Source: Thermodesulfobacteriota bacterium (GTDB taxonomy: Bacteria; Desulfobacterota; Binatia; UBA9968). From it: 64,000 nt of DNA. The stretch covers positions 25,549 through 89,548 of the forward strand of contig DAIRFP010000001.1 in the NCBI GenBank assembly GCA_036794995.1, written 5' to 3'. Numbering within the stretch: position 1 is the first letter of the stretch; each line of letters starts with the position of its first letter. Below are positions 1-9,243 of this stretch, piece by piece. The notes beneath the pieces were generated by a model. The model saw only the letters and a list, made by a program, of their open reading frames with translations. It did not search any database and was not told the DNA's origin. Made by a program: the position numbers and the translations under genes.

Positions 1-290
1 CCCCGTCCGGAACCTGTGGTAGCACCAAGACTTCGACACTCTGCATAATTTTCATATTATTTTATCATGGCTTTTGATGAGAGAAACCAAGGGAGCAGTT
101 TTTTGTTGGCGGTCATCGACTATGATTTAAGAATGAAAAGATCAGCTTTCAGCTCCGAAAAGAGGATCACCAAGAGTTTAAAAATCGCTAAGTTGGGAAT
201 AGGGCTCGAGGATTGGAAGGTTTAGACAATCGGGTTGGTGCCGCGGCAGACGGAATCCGATGGGGGAGTCTGATGTCCTTACTTCGATGA

Positions 291-1340
291 CTATTGGGTT
301 AGCAGTTTTTTTAGACGCTCGATGATTTCCGGAGGTTGGGTCATTACTTCTTTGACCATGGTTTCCAGTTGTTCACCGCTGATGGGCTCCAGCTCGAAGT
401 TTTTCTTCTTGATATCGTCTAGAAATACTGGGTCTTTAAGCATCTTTTCAAAGGCTTGGCGCAGAATCTTGACTCGATCCGGCGGCGTGCCGGGGGAGGT
501 GAATATCGGCCTACCCATGGTGCCATTGGCAAGAATTACGGTGGCGAGACGTCTGCCAGTCTCGGGCGTCTTGTAGCGGTCCATGAGCTCAAACAGGGTC
601 GGGGTATCGGCCAAGCGTGGATCACGCTTGCGCGCGGTTTGATACGGGTTGAAAACAAACCCTTTCTTCTTCCACGTAAGATAGGGCTCTCGCGCAAAAA
701 ACGTCTCGATGGTAAACGTCCGGCATTGAATCTCGCCACGCTCTATCGCCAGGTCAAGTTCAGGTCCCCCCGGATATCCCAGCACGGAGTGAATCTTCAG
801 CGGCGGCATGATTTCTTCAAGGAGCCGCGACACCATATAGTCCGTACCCGAAGTGCCAGTCGTCCCGCACCTTGGAGGTTCTTTCGCATTGCGGATATCG
901 TCAAAGGACTTATAGGGTGCATCGGCGCGCATGGTCATCTGGGACTCACTCTTGACCGGTGAGCCAATCCAAACAAATCTAGCCCAGTCGTACTTAACCT
1001 CGGGCCGTCCCACAAGTTGGTCCATGTACACCCCCGGCAAGATGGATCCTATGACAGTCAAACCATCGGGCTTGGCTACGTTGTACAAATAGTTGGTGGC
1101 GATCTTATGGCCCGCGCCGGGCATGTTTTGAGCGAGAGTTTCCGGATTCCCCGGGATGTGCCTGCCTATGTGGGCGGCAATCGTGCGCGCCCACAAATCG
1201 TAGAGAGAGCCTGCCGTGGTGCCGACGAGAACCTTAATCGTTTTGCCTTTGTAAAAGGGTTCCTCCTGAGCGAGCGACGGGAGAGCAGGCAGATTGCCCA
1301 TAACTAGACCAAGGCCAAGAATAAGAAGGAGCTTGTTCAT
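291..1340 (-). CDS. Periplasmic solute-binding protein, Bug/TctC-like (tripartite tricarboxylate transporter receptor family)
   Basis: 349-aa ORF with a signal peptide (MNKLLLILGLGLVMGNLPALPSLAQ). AGGAGG Shine-Dalgarno lies directly upstream of the ATG at 1340. The NMPGAGHKIA...KPDGLT pattern resembles Bug/TctC receptors. No TctA/TctB partner in the window. Confidence 0.6.
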   Translation of the reverse strand: MNKLLLILGLGLVMGNLPALPSLAQEEPFYKGKTIKVLVGTTAGSLYDLWARTIAAHIGRHIPGNPETLAQNMPGAGHKIATNYLYNVAKPDGLTVIGSILPGVYMDQLVGRPEVKYDWARFVWIGSPVKSESQMTMRADAPYKSFDDIRNAKEPPRCGTTGTSGTDYMVSRLLEEIMPPLKIHSVLGYPGGPELDLAIERGEIQCRTFTIETFFAREPYLTWKKKGFVFNPYQTARKRDPRLADTPTLFELMDRYKTPETGRRLATVILANGTMGRPIFTSPGTPPDRVKILRQAFEKMLKDPVFLDDIKKKNFELEPISGEQLETMVKEVMTQPPEIIERLKKLLTQ

Positions 1341-1821
1341 AAGACCTCCTGATCGGTTCTGGGGATTGCCGACGCTACCTAACCTTCTGATCAGCCGCTT
1401 ATTTAGCTCCGATGATTAGATCCGTCAACCAAATTCTCCAAGCCGATCTTGATTGAAAAAGCACGGGGCGATTGGGAGCACCAAAGAGTGCTATCTTATT
1501 CGATTCTCTCGGCGAGCGGTGGCTTTATCGAACGGCCCGAAGGGAAAAATCCGTTCGTTTGGATCGGCAAAGTGGAGACAGCAGCGTCCTACGAAGTCAA
1601 CCGGGAAATAACGCACTACGGGTATGGGATCATGCGACAAAGAATAAGAATCTCCGGAGAACTGGATTTGTCCTTGCGCGTGGCGGATTCCGAAAGAAGG
1701 CAGCGAGTGAAGCAGACATGTTCTGATAGACTCGAAGTTGGCCATCCTTCGACGTTGCGGTTGAAATCTGCTACTACTTTGACAGTTTCGTTATACTGCA
1801 CGAAAGAGCGGGAGGAAAAGT

Positions 1822-2823
1822 ATGCCGTTGCCACAGACTTTTAAAGCGATGGTCGTTTCGGAGACGGCCGACCAGAAATTCACCAGAGAGGTAAAAGAAA
1901 AAGCATTAACAGATTTGCCGGCGGGCGAGTTGTTGATCGAAGTCAAGTATTCTTCTTTGAACTATAAGGATGCGCTTTCCGCGACCGGCAACAAGGGCGT
2001 TACCAGAAGATATCCGCATACGCCGGGGATCGATGCTGCCGGAGTGGTCGCCACCAGCTCGACGTCCCAATTCGGCGTCGGGGACCAGGTGATTGTGACC
2101 GGCTTTGATCTGGGAATGAATACTCCCGGTGGTTTTGGCCAATATATCAGTGTGCCGGCGTCATGGGCGGTGAACTTGCCGCAAGGTCTGACGTTGAAGG
2201 AGAGCATGGCCTATGGCACGGCGGGATTGACGGCGGCTTTGTGTGTCATGCGCCTGATGGCGTTCGGACTCACAAAGGACTCGGGTGAGGTTCTTGTAAC
2301 GGGTGCGACAGGAGGAGTAGGGAGTGTGGCTATCGGCATTCTTTCCAAGCTGGGATTCAATGTTGCGGCCGCCACGGGAAAGATAGACCAAAGGGATTTT
2401 CTCATGGGACTTGGTGCCAAAACGATCATTTCGCGAGAAGAGGCGAACGATATTTCGGGAAGGCCGTTGCAAAAAGGCCGGTGGGCGGGAGTCGTCGATG
2501 CGGTGGGAGGTAACATCCTCGCAACAGCGATCAAATCCACCAAGTATGGCGGGCTTGTTGCGGCGTGCGGCAATTCCATGTCAGCGGATCTAGCTGTCAG
2601 CGTCTATCCCTTCATTCTTAGGGGCGTGAGCCTGCTCGGGGTGGATTCGGTGGAAATCCCGATGAATACTCGATTGCGAACCTGGCAAAAGCTTGCGCAG
2701 GACTGGAAACTGGATCTATCCGCCATCATCACCGAATGCGCGCTGGAAGAATTGAGCCGGAAGATCGATCTGATTCAGAAGGGTGGAATTCGGGGAAGGG
2801 TGGTCGTGGATCCAAGCCGGTGA
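1822..2823 (+). CDS. YhdH/YhfP (AcuI-like) family NADPH:quinone/acrylyl-CoA oxidoreductase, MDR superfamily
   Basis: 333 aa. The N-terminus (KAMVV...GELLIEVKYSSLNYKDALSATGNKGVTRRYPHTPGIDAAGVV) and the GATGGVGS nucleotide-binding motif are typical of the YhdH subfamily. GGGAGGA SD before the ATG. Confidence 0.8.
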   Translation: MPLPQTFKAMVVSETADQKFTREVKEKALTDLPAGELLIEVKYSSLNYKDALSATGNKGVTRRYPHTPGIDAAGVVATSSTSQFGVGDQVIVTGFDLGMNTPGGFGQYISVPASWAVNLPQGLTLKESMAYGTAGLTAALCVMRLMAFGLTKDSGEVLVTGATGGVGSVAIGILSKLGFNVAAATGKIDQRDFLMGLGAKTIISREEANDISGRPLQKGRWAGVVDAVGGNILATAIKSTKYGGLVAACGNSMSADLAVSVYPFILRGVSLLGVDSVEIPMNTRLRTWQKLAQDWKLDLSAIITECALEELSRKIDLIQKGGIRGRVVVDPSR

Positions 2824-3112
2824 GTCGTGAAGTGTTGGGTACGCTAGATCTGCTGACCCAACGCTGAGACACTTGTCCCTTGAGACTCCGGGAATCCCTG
2901 TCGTCCTTTAACCCCAGTGATTCGTGGCGATCGAAGATTCATTCCGCATGCGCGGAGAGTTCGGGCTAAAACGCACCATCGTAAGTTCATAAGGCAGTTC
3001 TACCTCTGCCGCTCCGACTTCCATTTCGTTCCTAGTCCCTGGATCATCCTGCAGGCTCCGTAGTACCTCATGGCATAGCGGGTGCTCTCTCCCGGGCGGG
3101 ACGGAGGACCGC

Positions 3113-3550
3113 ATGAAAATTAGAAGCTTCATCTTTTCTGCTGTATTCTTGGTGTGGGTAACTTCAGCTTCGGCTCAGACAATGACGGATATCACAGGCA
3201 AGCAATGGATGGCATCAGAAAAGGCCATTCGAGAAATCTTTGTCTTGGGATACGTAAACGGATTAGAGCAATTACTCTCATCGTATAATTTTCAAATCCG
3301 CAGCGGTGTCGGCAAAGACTTTGACGCGCAAGTTCTTGATGAAGCGATATACAAAAAGCTGATTAGAGAACCGGAATTAAGGAACGGCCCGGTAAGAGAA
3401 ATTCTAATGAGCGTGCTTAACGACTACGCCGTCCTCACCGACAAAGTGGGCAATAGTCTCCCCGCATGGCAAAAGCTCATGTCCACATCTGAGTGCGCCG
3501 AGTTGATGAAGGTCCTGTACGAAAACCAGAAATCCAAAATGGGATTCTGA
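3113..3550 (+). CDS. Secreted hypothetical protein
   Basis: 145 aa with a clear signal peptide (MKIRSFIFSAVFLVWVTSASAQ) and a GGAGGA SD. No family recognised. Confidence 0.5.
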   Translation: MKIRSFIFSAVFLVWVTSASAQTMTDITGKQWMASEKAIREIFVLGYVNGLEQLLSSYNFQIRSGVGKDFDAQVLDEAIYKKLIREPELRNGPVREILMSVLNDYAVLTDKVGNSLPAWQKLMSTSECAELMKVLYENQKSKMGF

Positions 3551-3794
3551 TGGGATAAGTCCAAAAGCGTGGAGCGGCCCTCTACGTGGCGATGCTCCGA
3601 AAGTCGTGTTCCGCAAGTTTTTTCGCACCCAATCTGTGGTATTTCCCGTTTGACATTCAGCTAAACTCTTCGTTAACTTGCCAAACGCCCGCGAGTGTTT
3701 TGGTGGCTATTTGTTGTGAGACCAGGCCCTATCCGATCCTACGGCAAGGGTCATAATGCCAATCGGTCACCTCAATCATGCAAAGGAGTCTTTG

Positions 3795-4679
3795 ATGACG
3801 GCATCCTCAGAAGATATCTTTCGGGTTACGCTCTTAGGTACCGGCGCGCCACCGCCTAGATTGGATCGCTTCGGACCGAGCACGCTTATAGAAGTTGGGG
3901 ACGAAAAGTTCATCGTCGATGCAGGCCGCGGCGCTATGCAGCGGCTGCATCAACTAGGGATTCCGTTTGGTGATATTACCGGAATGTTTCTCACGCACCA
4001 CCATTCCGACCACGTCGTGGGCTTTCCGGATCTGTGGCTGACAGGTTGGATCGGGCGGCCCTGGGGAAAGCGCAATCAGCCTCTAAAGGTCTGGGGTCCG
4101 GAAGGAACCAGACAAATGATGGAGCATTTACCGCAGGCTTTCGGCGTCGATATTCGAGTCCGCAGCAGAAACTACCCGCCCGACGGCGTCAAGTTGGTTG
4201 CACAGGAAATCAAAGAAGGAGTCATTCTTGACCGGGACGGAATCAAAGTCAGCGCTTTCGAAGTAGATCACGGCGGCGAGGAACTAGCGGCCTTCGGTTA
4301 CCGAATCGATTATCAAGGCCGCGCTGCGGTGCTATCCGGTGACACGACGTATAATGAAAACCTGATCCGTCATTCGCAGGGCGCCGACCTGCTGGTTCAC
4401 GAAGTGACCGCTGCCGCCGGAAGCGCCGCTGAGAGCCCGGAGCAGCTCAAAAGAATCGGCAGCAATCACACAACCCCGGACCAAGCCGGTACGATCTTTT
4501 CGCGCATCAGACCGAAATTGGCGGTCTACAATCATCTCTTGCTGTTCGGCGGCGCTACGGCCGAGGATTTGATCCCGGCGACGAGAAAGGAATACTCGGG
4601 GCCGTTGGTTGTCGGGGAGGATTTAATGCAAATTCGAATTGGGGAAAGCATCGAAACTTATCGGCTCGGACGCTCATGA
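3795..4679 (+). CDS. MBL-fold metallo-hydrolase (RNase Z/BN-like)
   Basis: HHHSDH metal-binding motif and an LLGTGAPPP N-terminus. The ATG at 3795 has an AAAGGAG SD 6 nt upstream; the ORF track begins at 3756. Confidence 0.75.
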   Translation: MTASSEDIFRVTLLGTGAPPPRLDRFGPSTLIEVGDEKFIVDAGRGAMQRLHQLGIPFGDITGMFLTHHHSDHVVGFPDLWLTGWIGRPWGKRNQPLKVWGPEGTRQMMEHLPQAFGVDIRVRSRNYPPDGVKLVAQEIKEGVILDRDGIKVSAFEVDHGGEELAAFGYRIDYQGRAAVLSGDTTYNENLIRHSQGADLLVHEVTAAAGSAAESPEQLKRIGSNHTTPDQAGTIFSRIRPKLAVYNHLLLFGGATAEDLIPATRKEYSGPLVVGEDLMQIRIGESIETYRLGRS

Positions 4680-4755
4680 GGAAGTATTGATGCAGGGCTG
4701 CGAAGCGCTGCAGCCAAGGCCCGAGTGGTAATGGGTGATTGTGATCCAAGCGGTT

Positions 4756-5163
4756 CTAGATTCGGTGGATCGGAATCACTTCGGCGTTGGCGGGGTAGGT
4801 ATAGTGAGGGTGTAATCGGAGGTTGATATTCAAATGCCCCTCTGCATCGCCTTTGTTGGTCCTATGGATGACGTTCCAGTTTGCGGTCTCCAGATCATTC
4901 TCGAAACAAATCCAATGTATTTCCAGATCTGCTACGTGCGAAAGAGATTGCACGATAGATTCCCGATAGGCCGACAGACAAAATCTGACCTCGTCAACGA
5001 TACAGTTTTTGCCGTCTTTCAAGCAGTCCATGAGGACGATGAGGTCTCTATCATCGGCCAATAAGCTGGTGAATCGCCTCGCCCCGGTTTGCTTTTCTAA
5101 TTGCTCCGATAGGTGAGTTTTTCCGGAACCCGACAAGCCCAGAATAAATGTCACTTTCGCCAT
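4756..5163 (-). CDS. Small P-loop NTPase (about 135 aa), family unassigned
   Basis: Walker A GLSGSGKT near the N-terminus (MAKVTFILGLSGSGKTHL) and a Walker-B-like CIVDE. I prefer the internal ATG at 5163 over the ORF-track start at 5283. Confidence 0.5.
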   Translation of the reverse strand: MAKVTFILGLSGSGKTHLSEQLEKQTGARRFTSLLADDRDLIVLMDCLKDGKNCIVDEVRFCLSAYRESIVQSLSHVADLEIHWICFENDLETANWNVIHRTNKGDAEGHLNINLRLHPHYTYPANAEVIPIHRI

Positions 5164-5377
5164 TACTGTGCCTCGACACGGCTGAGTCTGTATATCTCGC
5201 CGCCCATCTCTCCGTGAGTAGCCGGGTGACTTCGTAGGTACCCCGCTGCATGCCGACCACGGCCCCCAAATGCTTCGGAACACCCCGAGCGGCGCATGTC
5301 ATGACGTCCAGGGTATTGTCGTCTTGCTAGCGGATGCATATCGACCATGGGCGCATTCCTCTTTTTGCGCAGACGTT

Positions 5378-6493
5378 TTACCAGGCGTTGTACATAATTT
5401 CCAAGAGTCGTTGTTCGGTTTCAGGTGTGTCGAGCCTTCTGGCTTTCAGTTCCGCGCTGCAAATTCGTTTGCAAAAGGCGATAGCCGCCTGATTGACGAT
5501 CATGGCTTTACCGTTCATCGTCGGATGGCCGGTGAATCTACCGTGTGACAAGAAGACGCTCTCTTCGGGATGATAAATCAGATCGTAGAACCCCACACCC
5601 TTCGGAACTGCAGCCGCAATGGCCATGGAGATTTTAAGGTTGGCGTCAATCGCGTGGCTGGCAAGTTCGCGCCAGCGCTGTCGCGCCGCCACTTCACTGC
5701 CGGAAAAGCCTCGTAAGACGGGGGCGGATGACGGTGCGAGGGACGAGAACGGCTCCAGGTCGGTAACTTCATTGTAGGATAGCCTACGTAGGCCCCCTTG
5801 TCCCTTCGTCGTGCTGTTGACAACCAAGCCGGCTTTCGGAGCCCAGGCAGCAACTTCCGCCTCGCTGATCGCTAAGGCGTTCCGGCCCAGCTTTTGGATC
5901 TCCGCCGCGAGAGAAGCGGCGTGCTCTAAGGTTCGATTACTGATGACGAGCCTGCCGTCTTCCAGGTGGTCAGAAAGGTGAAATGCCACCGCCCTGGCAG
6001 AGCCGCCGGCGCCCAGAAGTAAAACGTCCCGCCCTTCGAGCGACTCCACGAAGCGCTGGGGCTGTCCCGGCTGAGGCTTCGAGATACTTTGGATGAAGCC
6101 TTCGCCGTCGGTATTGAATCCGAGGAGCCGACCCGCCGAGGTTCTAACAACCGTGTTGACGGCCCGAATGCGCTGGCTGGCGGGATCGAGTTCGTCTAAG
6201 AAGTCCATAACCCGCATTTTATGAGGAACCGTGACATTCATGCCGATGAAACGATCGCAGCTCCGAAGCGCGGAGACGAGGTCCGGAAGACGAGATCCGT
6301 CGATGTCAAAGGGCAGGTAGACGGCGTTTATGCCAAAATGACCGAAACCAGCGTTCCAGAGGGCCGGGCTCTTAGAATAATGGGACGGCCCGTCGCCGAT
6401 GATACCGGCGATGCGATTGTTGCCAAGGTCAGTTTGCGCCAACCGATTGGTAACGCAATTTTGGATAGCCCTTAGGTTGTCCTCAATTGTCAT
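5378..6493 (-). CDS. Shikimate/quinate 5-dehydrogenase family protein (AroE-like, with a long internal insertion)
   Basis: Motifs NVTVPHK, NTDGEGF and GAGGSARAV are present. At 371 aa it is about 100 aa longer than typical AroE. The extra sequence sits in the NAD(P)-binding half. Confidence 0.7.
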   Translation of the reverse strand: MTIEDNLRAIQNCVTNRLAQTDLGNNRIAGIIGDGPSHYSKSPALWNAGFGHFGINAVYLPFDIDGSRLPDLVSALRSCDRFIGMNVTVPHKMRVMDFLDELDPASQRIRAVNTVVRTSAGRLLGFNTDGEGFIQSISKPQPGQPQRFVESLEGRDVLLLGAGGSARAVAFHLSDHLEDGRLVISNRTLEHAASLAAEIQKLGRNALAISEAEVAAWAPKAGLVVNSTTKGQGGLRRLSYNEVTDLEPFSSLAPSSAPVLRGFSGSEVAARQRWRELASHAIDANLKISMAIAAAVPKGVGFYDLIYHPEESVFLSHGRFTGHPTMNGKAMIVNQAAIAFCKRICSAELKARRLDTPETEQRLLEIMYNAW

Positions 6494-6575
6494 GGCGCTT
6501 CTCCGCGTCGCCTGAGAGTTTACATGCTGGCGGGAAAATTCCCCACAGAAGGAATGGCGCGCAGGAAAGATCGAG

Positions 6576-8009
6576 CTAATGAACCGGCTTGATCGTCAAC
6601 TTATCGTCAGCGAAGCAGAGCAGGGACTTTTTGTCGTTGATGACCGTTTCGAGGACTACCTCGCGTCCCCATAACTGTCGCAAATATTGCAGGGTCTTTT
6701 CGGCGTACTCAAGCTGGAGGTCGCGCCCGTCGTGACTGTGTTTTATGAATAAACCACGGTTATTGCTGTAATCGGCATCCTCGACCTTAATGACCGGAAT
6801 CGTTCCCGTGCCGACGCTTTGGATCAACGTGTCCTTGATCGCTTGCCAGCTGTCTTCGTCAGCCACACGACTGACAACTTTCTCATGACCCCGCGATTGG
6901 TACTCAAAAAGGTTGAGTTCGCGAACCAGGTTCTCGGTGAGATAGCGCCTCAGGAAGGAACTGTCTCGTTCGACTTCGCGCACTTCATAGAGCTTTTCCT
7001 GGGCGTTTTTCTTCTTATGGCCGTACTCCTTTTCTTCCTCGGGATCCGGTTGGCTCCAACGTTTTTCAATATCTTCCCACACCTTCATGCCGACGTGGTA
7101 GGGGTTGAGGGAGCCGGGCGCGGGACTCAAAACCTGCGTATGCCGAACCAGAAATTCGATTTTAAGGCTTTGCGGAAGATCCAATGCCTCAAGAATGCGC
7201 TTGTGCCAGAAGCTCGCCCAACCTTCGTTCATGATCTTGGTTTCAATCTGGGGAATAAAGTACTGCGCCTGCTCGTGAACCATGGTCAGTAAATCTTTTT
7301 CCCATTCGGCAAGCTGAGGATTGTGATCACGGATAAAAAGCAGAATATCCTCTTCGGGATGCACTGGGACCTTGGCGAGATCCGGCGATACCCACTCCTT
7401 GCGCCGGTGTACTGACTGGAATGGATCGAAGGGTGGTTTCGAATCCCGAAGTTTGGCGTCTTTTTGTTCGGTTTCTGTCTGTTTTCGAATCGAAAGATTA
7501 CGCCTGCACTGGAGCGACAACGCATGGGCGGCATCTAGAATACGCTCCACCTTTTCGAGACCGATGCTGGGATCTTCGACGTAGTGGCGCACTCGGTTCG
7601 CATGGGCTTTAAAGGTTTCGATAGTAAATTCGGCCCGGATCGTCCTGAAGGTAAAGTTGTTTTTAAAGAAATCGTTATGGCCGTAGACATGAGCGATGGT
7701 GAGGACCTGCAAAGCGAGGGTATTATCGCGCATGAGATAGGCGATGCAGGGATTGGAGTTGATCACCATCTCATAGGGCAGCCCGCTCAGACCATAGTCA
7801 TAAAGAGTTTTGAGCTTCTCGAAGGCCTTACCGTAGGACCAATGCGGGTAGTGTGAGGGCATACCGGAATAGACCATATAGGAGAGCATCTGCTCGTGGT
7901 CGCAGATCTCGAACTCTTGAGGATAGGGGTTAAGACCGAAACCCTCGACCAAGTCAATGATTCGTTGATTCCATTCCTGGAGGTCTTCGACGGTATAACT
8001 TGCTGCCAT
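6576..8009 (-). CDS. spoVR: SpoVR family protein
   Basis: 477 aa with the characteristic HVYGHNDFFKNN segment. Positioned after the yeaH/yhbH-like and prkA genes. Confidence 0.85.
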   Translation of the reverse strand: MAASYTVEDLQEWNQRIIDLVEGFGLNPYPQEFEICDHEQMLSYMVYSGMPSHYPHWSYGKAFEKLKTLYDYGLSGLPYEMVINSNPCIAYLMRDNTLALQVLTIAHVYGHNDFFKNNFTFRTIRAEFTIETFKAHANRVRHYVEDPSIGLEKVERILDAAHALSLQCRRNLSIRKQTETEQKDAKLRDSKPPFDPFQSVHRRKEWVSPDLAKVPVHPEEDILLFIRDHNPQLAEWEKDLLTMVHEQAQYFIPQIETKIMNEGWASFWHKRILEALDLPQSLKIEFLVRHTQVLSPAPGSLNPYHVGMKVWEDIEKRWSQPDPEEEKEYGHKKKNAQEKLYEVREVERDSSFLRRYLTENLVRELNLFEYQSRGHEKVVSRVADEDSWQAIKDTLIQSVGTGTIPVIKVEDADYSNNRGLFIKHSHDGRDLQLEYAEKTLQYLRQLWGREVVLETVINDKKSLLCFADDKLTIKPVH

Positions 8010-8020
8010 GGCTCAATTGA

Positions 8021-9202
8021 TTACGCGGCGTCGTCGCGGGCACGGTCTTTGGTCAAAAAGGTCTTGAACGAAGGCCAAATGTCTTCTTTGCGTTGGATCT
8101 GCACGGTTTGAAAGTTGGCTTCCTGGATCTGGGAAAAAAACTGGATCATGCTGCTGCCATAATAGCCCGCCCCGAGTGGCTTAATCTCGCCGTAGCCGAA
8201 AAGATTTGAGATCTTTGCCAGCTCCGTAGCCGCCTTAAGCGCAGCGGGATTGTCGGACTCGAAATTGTCCCCGTCGGAGCAGTGAAAAGCGTAGACGTTC
8301 CAAAGACCAGGATGATAGCGCTCATAAATGATCTCCAACGCCTTATTGTATCCCGATGAAATGAAGGTCCCGCCGGACTCGCCTTTGTGAAAGAATTCGT
8401 CTTCGGTCACTTCTTGGGCCTCGGTATGATGCGCGACGAAGACGATTTCGACGTTTTCATAGCGGGTGCAAAGGAATCGATAGAGCAGAAAAAAAAAGCT
8501 CCGGGCCAGGTATTTCTTCATGGTGTCCATCGAACCTGAGGTGTCCATGATACAGAGGACCACAGCATTCGACTCCCGGCGGGTTTCCGTTACGGTGTGG
8601 TGATACCGGAGATCTTCCTTGTGAAAGGGAAACCGCTGCGCGTGTAAGCCGGCGAGGCCGGCGCGCTGGGAGGCTTTCTTGCGTTTCACCCTGGAGCGGG
8701 CGGTTCTTTTTTTGTCCAAACGAACGCGGATGCCCTTCTTCCTGAATCCTTTCTGGCGAAACTGCCGTTCGACTTCCATTTGACGAAGATGTTTGCGGTC
8801 GAGGTCTGGGAGTTCCAAATCCTCAAACATCACCTCGACGAGTTCGTCCAGACTCACCTCGGTTTCATAGTAATCGACACCCGCCTGATCGCCTGCCTGC
8901 CGACCCTGCGCGTTTTCTTTGCCCTTGCCCACGGTTTGGCCGGGTTGTACTTCCCCATCGCCGCCTTGGCCGACTCCCGGGGCATTGTCGCCATAGACGA
9001 ATCGATATTCCTTGACCCCTCGTATAGGTACCTTGACAATGCGATTGTTGTCCTTCCCTATGATGGATTCCTCGGCGATAATGTCGGCGATGTTGTTGCG
9101 AATGGCTTCACGGACTTTTTGGCGGTGGCGCAAGCGATCCCCCGCGCTGCGGTCACCGCGTTGGCCAGAGGAGGGGTGATACGGACGGAAAATGGCTTCC
9201 AC
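8021..9202 (-). CDS. YeaH/YhbH family protein (DUF444, vWA-like)
   Basis: 393 aa with the basic N-terminal RLRHRQKVREAI region and a DTSGSM MIDAS-like motif. Sits between prkA and spoVR. GTG start. Confidence 0.8.
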   Translation of the reverse strand: MEAIFRPYHPSSGQRGDRSAGDRLRHRQKVREAIRNNIADIIAEESIIGKDNNRIVKVPIRGVKEYRFVYGDNAPGVGQGGDGEVQPGQTVGKGKENAQGRQAGDQAGVDYYETEVSLDELVEVMFEDLELPDLDRKHLRQMEVERQFRQKGFRKKGIRVRLDKKRTARSRVKRKKASQRAGLAGLHAQRFPFHKEDLRYHHTVTETRRESNAVVLCIMDTSGSMDTMKKYLARSFFFLLYRFLCTRYENVEIVFVAHHTEAQEVTEDEFFHKGESGGTFISSGYNKALEIIYERYHPGLWNVYAFHCSDGDNFESDNPAALKAATELAKISNLFGYGEIKPLGAGYYGSSMIQFFSQIQEANFQTVQIQRKEDIWPSFKTFLTKDRARDDAA

Positions 9203-9243
9203 GTCAGCTCACTATTCCAGCGTTGACCCGTTGCGTTGTCAAG

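Noticed and set aside
1449-1844. 131-aa plus-strand ORF in the 480-nt gap between the TctC-like gene and the YhdH-like gene
   Set aside because: It has no SD and no recognisable domain, its composition is odd, and it runs into the well-supported ATG at 1822. The region is more likely a divergent promoter or leader. A small real gene cannot be fully excluded.
4756-5283. N-terminally extended versions of several ORF-track entries (4756..5283, 29447..30511, 31290..31574, 31547..32683, 32873..33814, 39378..40442, 50051..51139, 53354..56200, 41507..42064)
   Set aside because: In each case an internal ATG or TTG gives a family-typical N-terminus. That start also usually has a Shine-Dalgarno sequence or removes an overlap with the upstream gene. 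The extensions are Arg/Ser-rich and non-homologous-looking.
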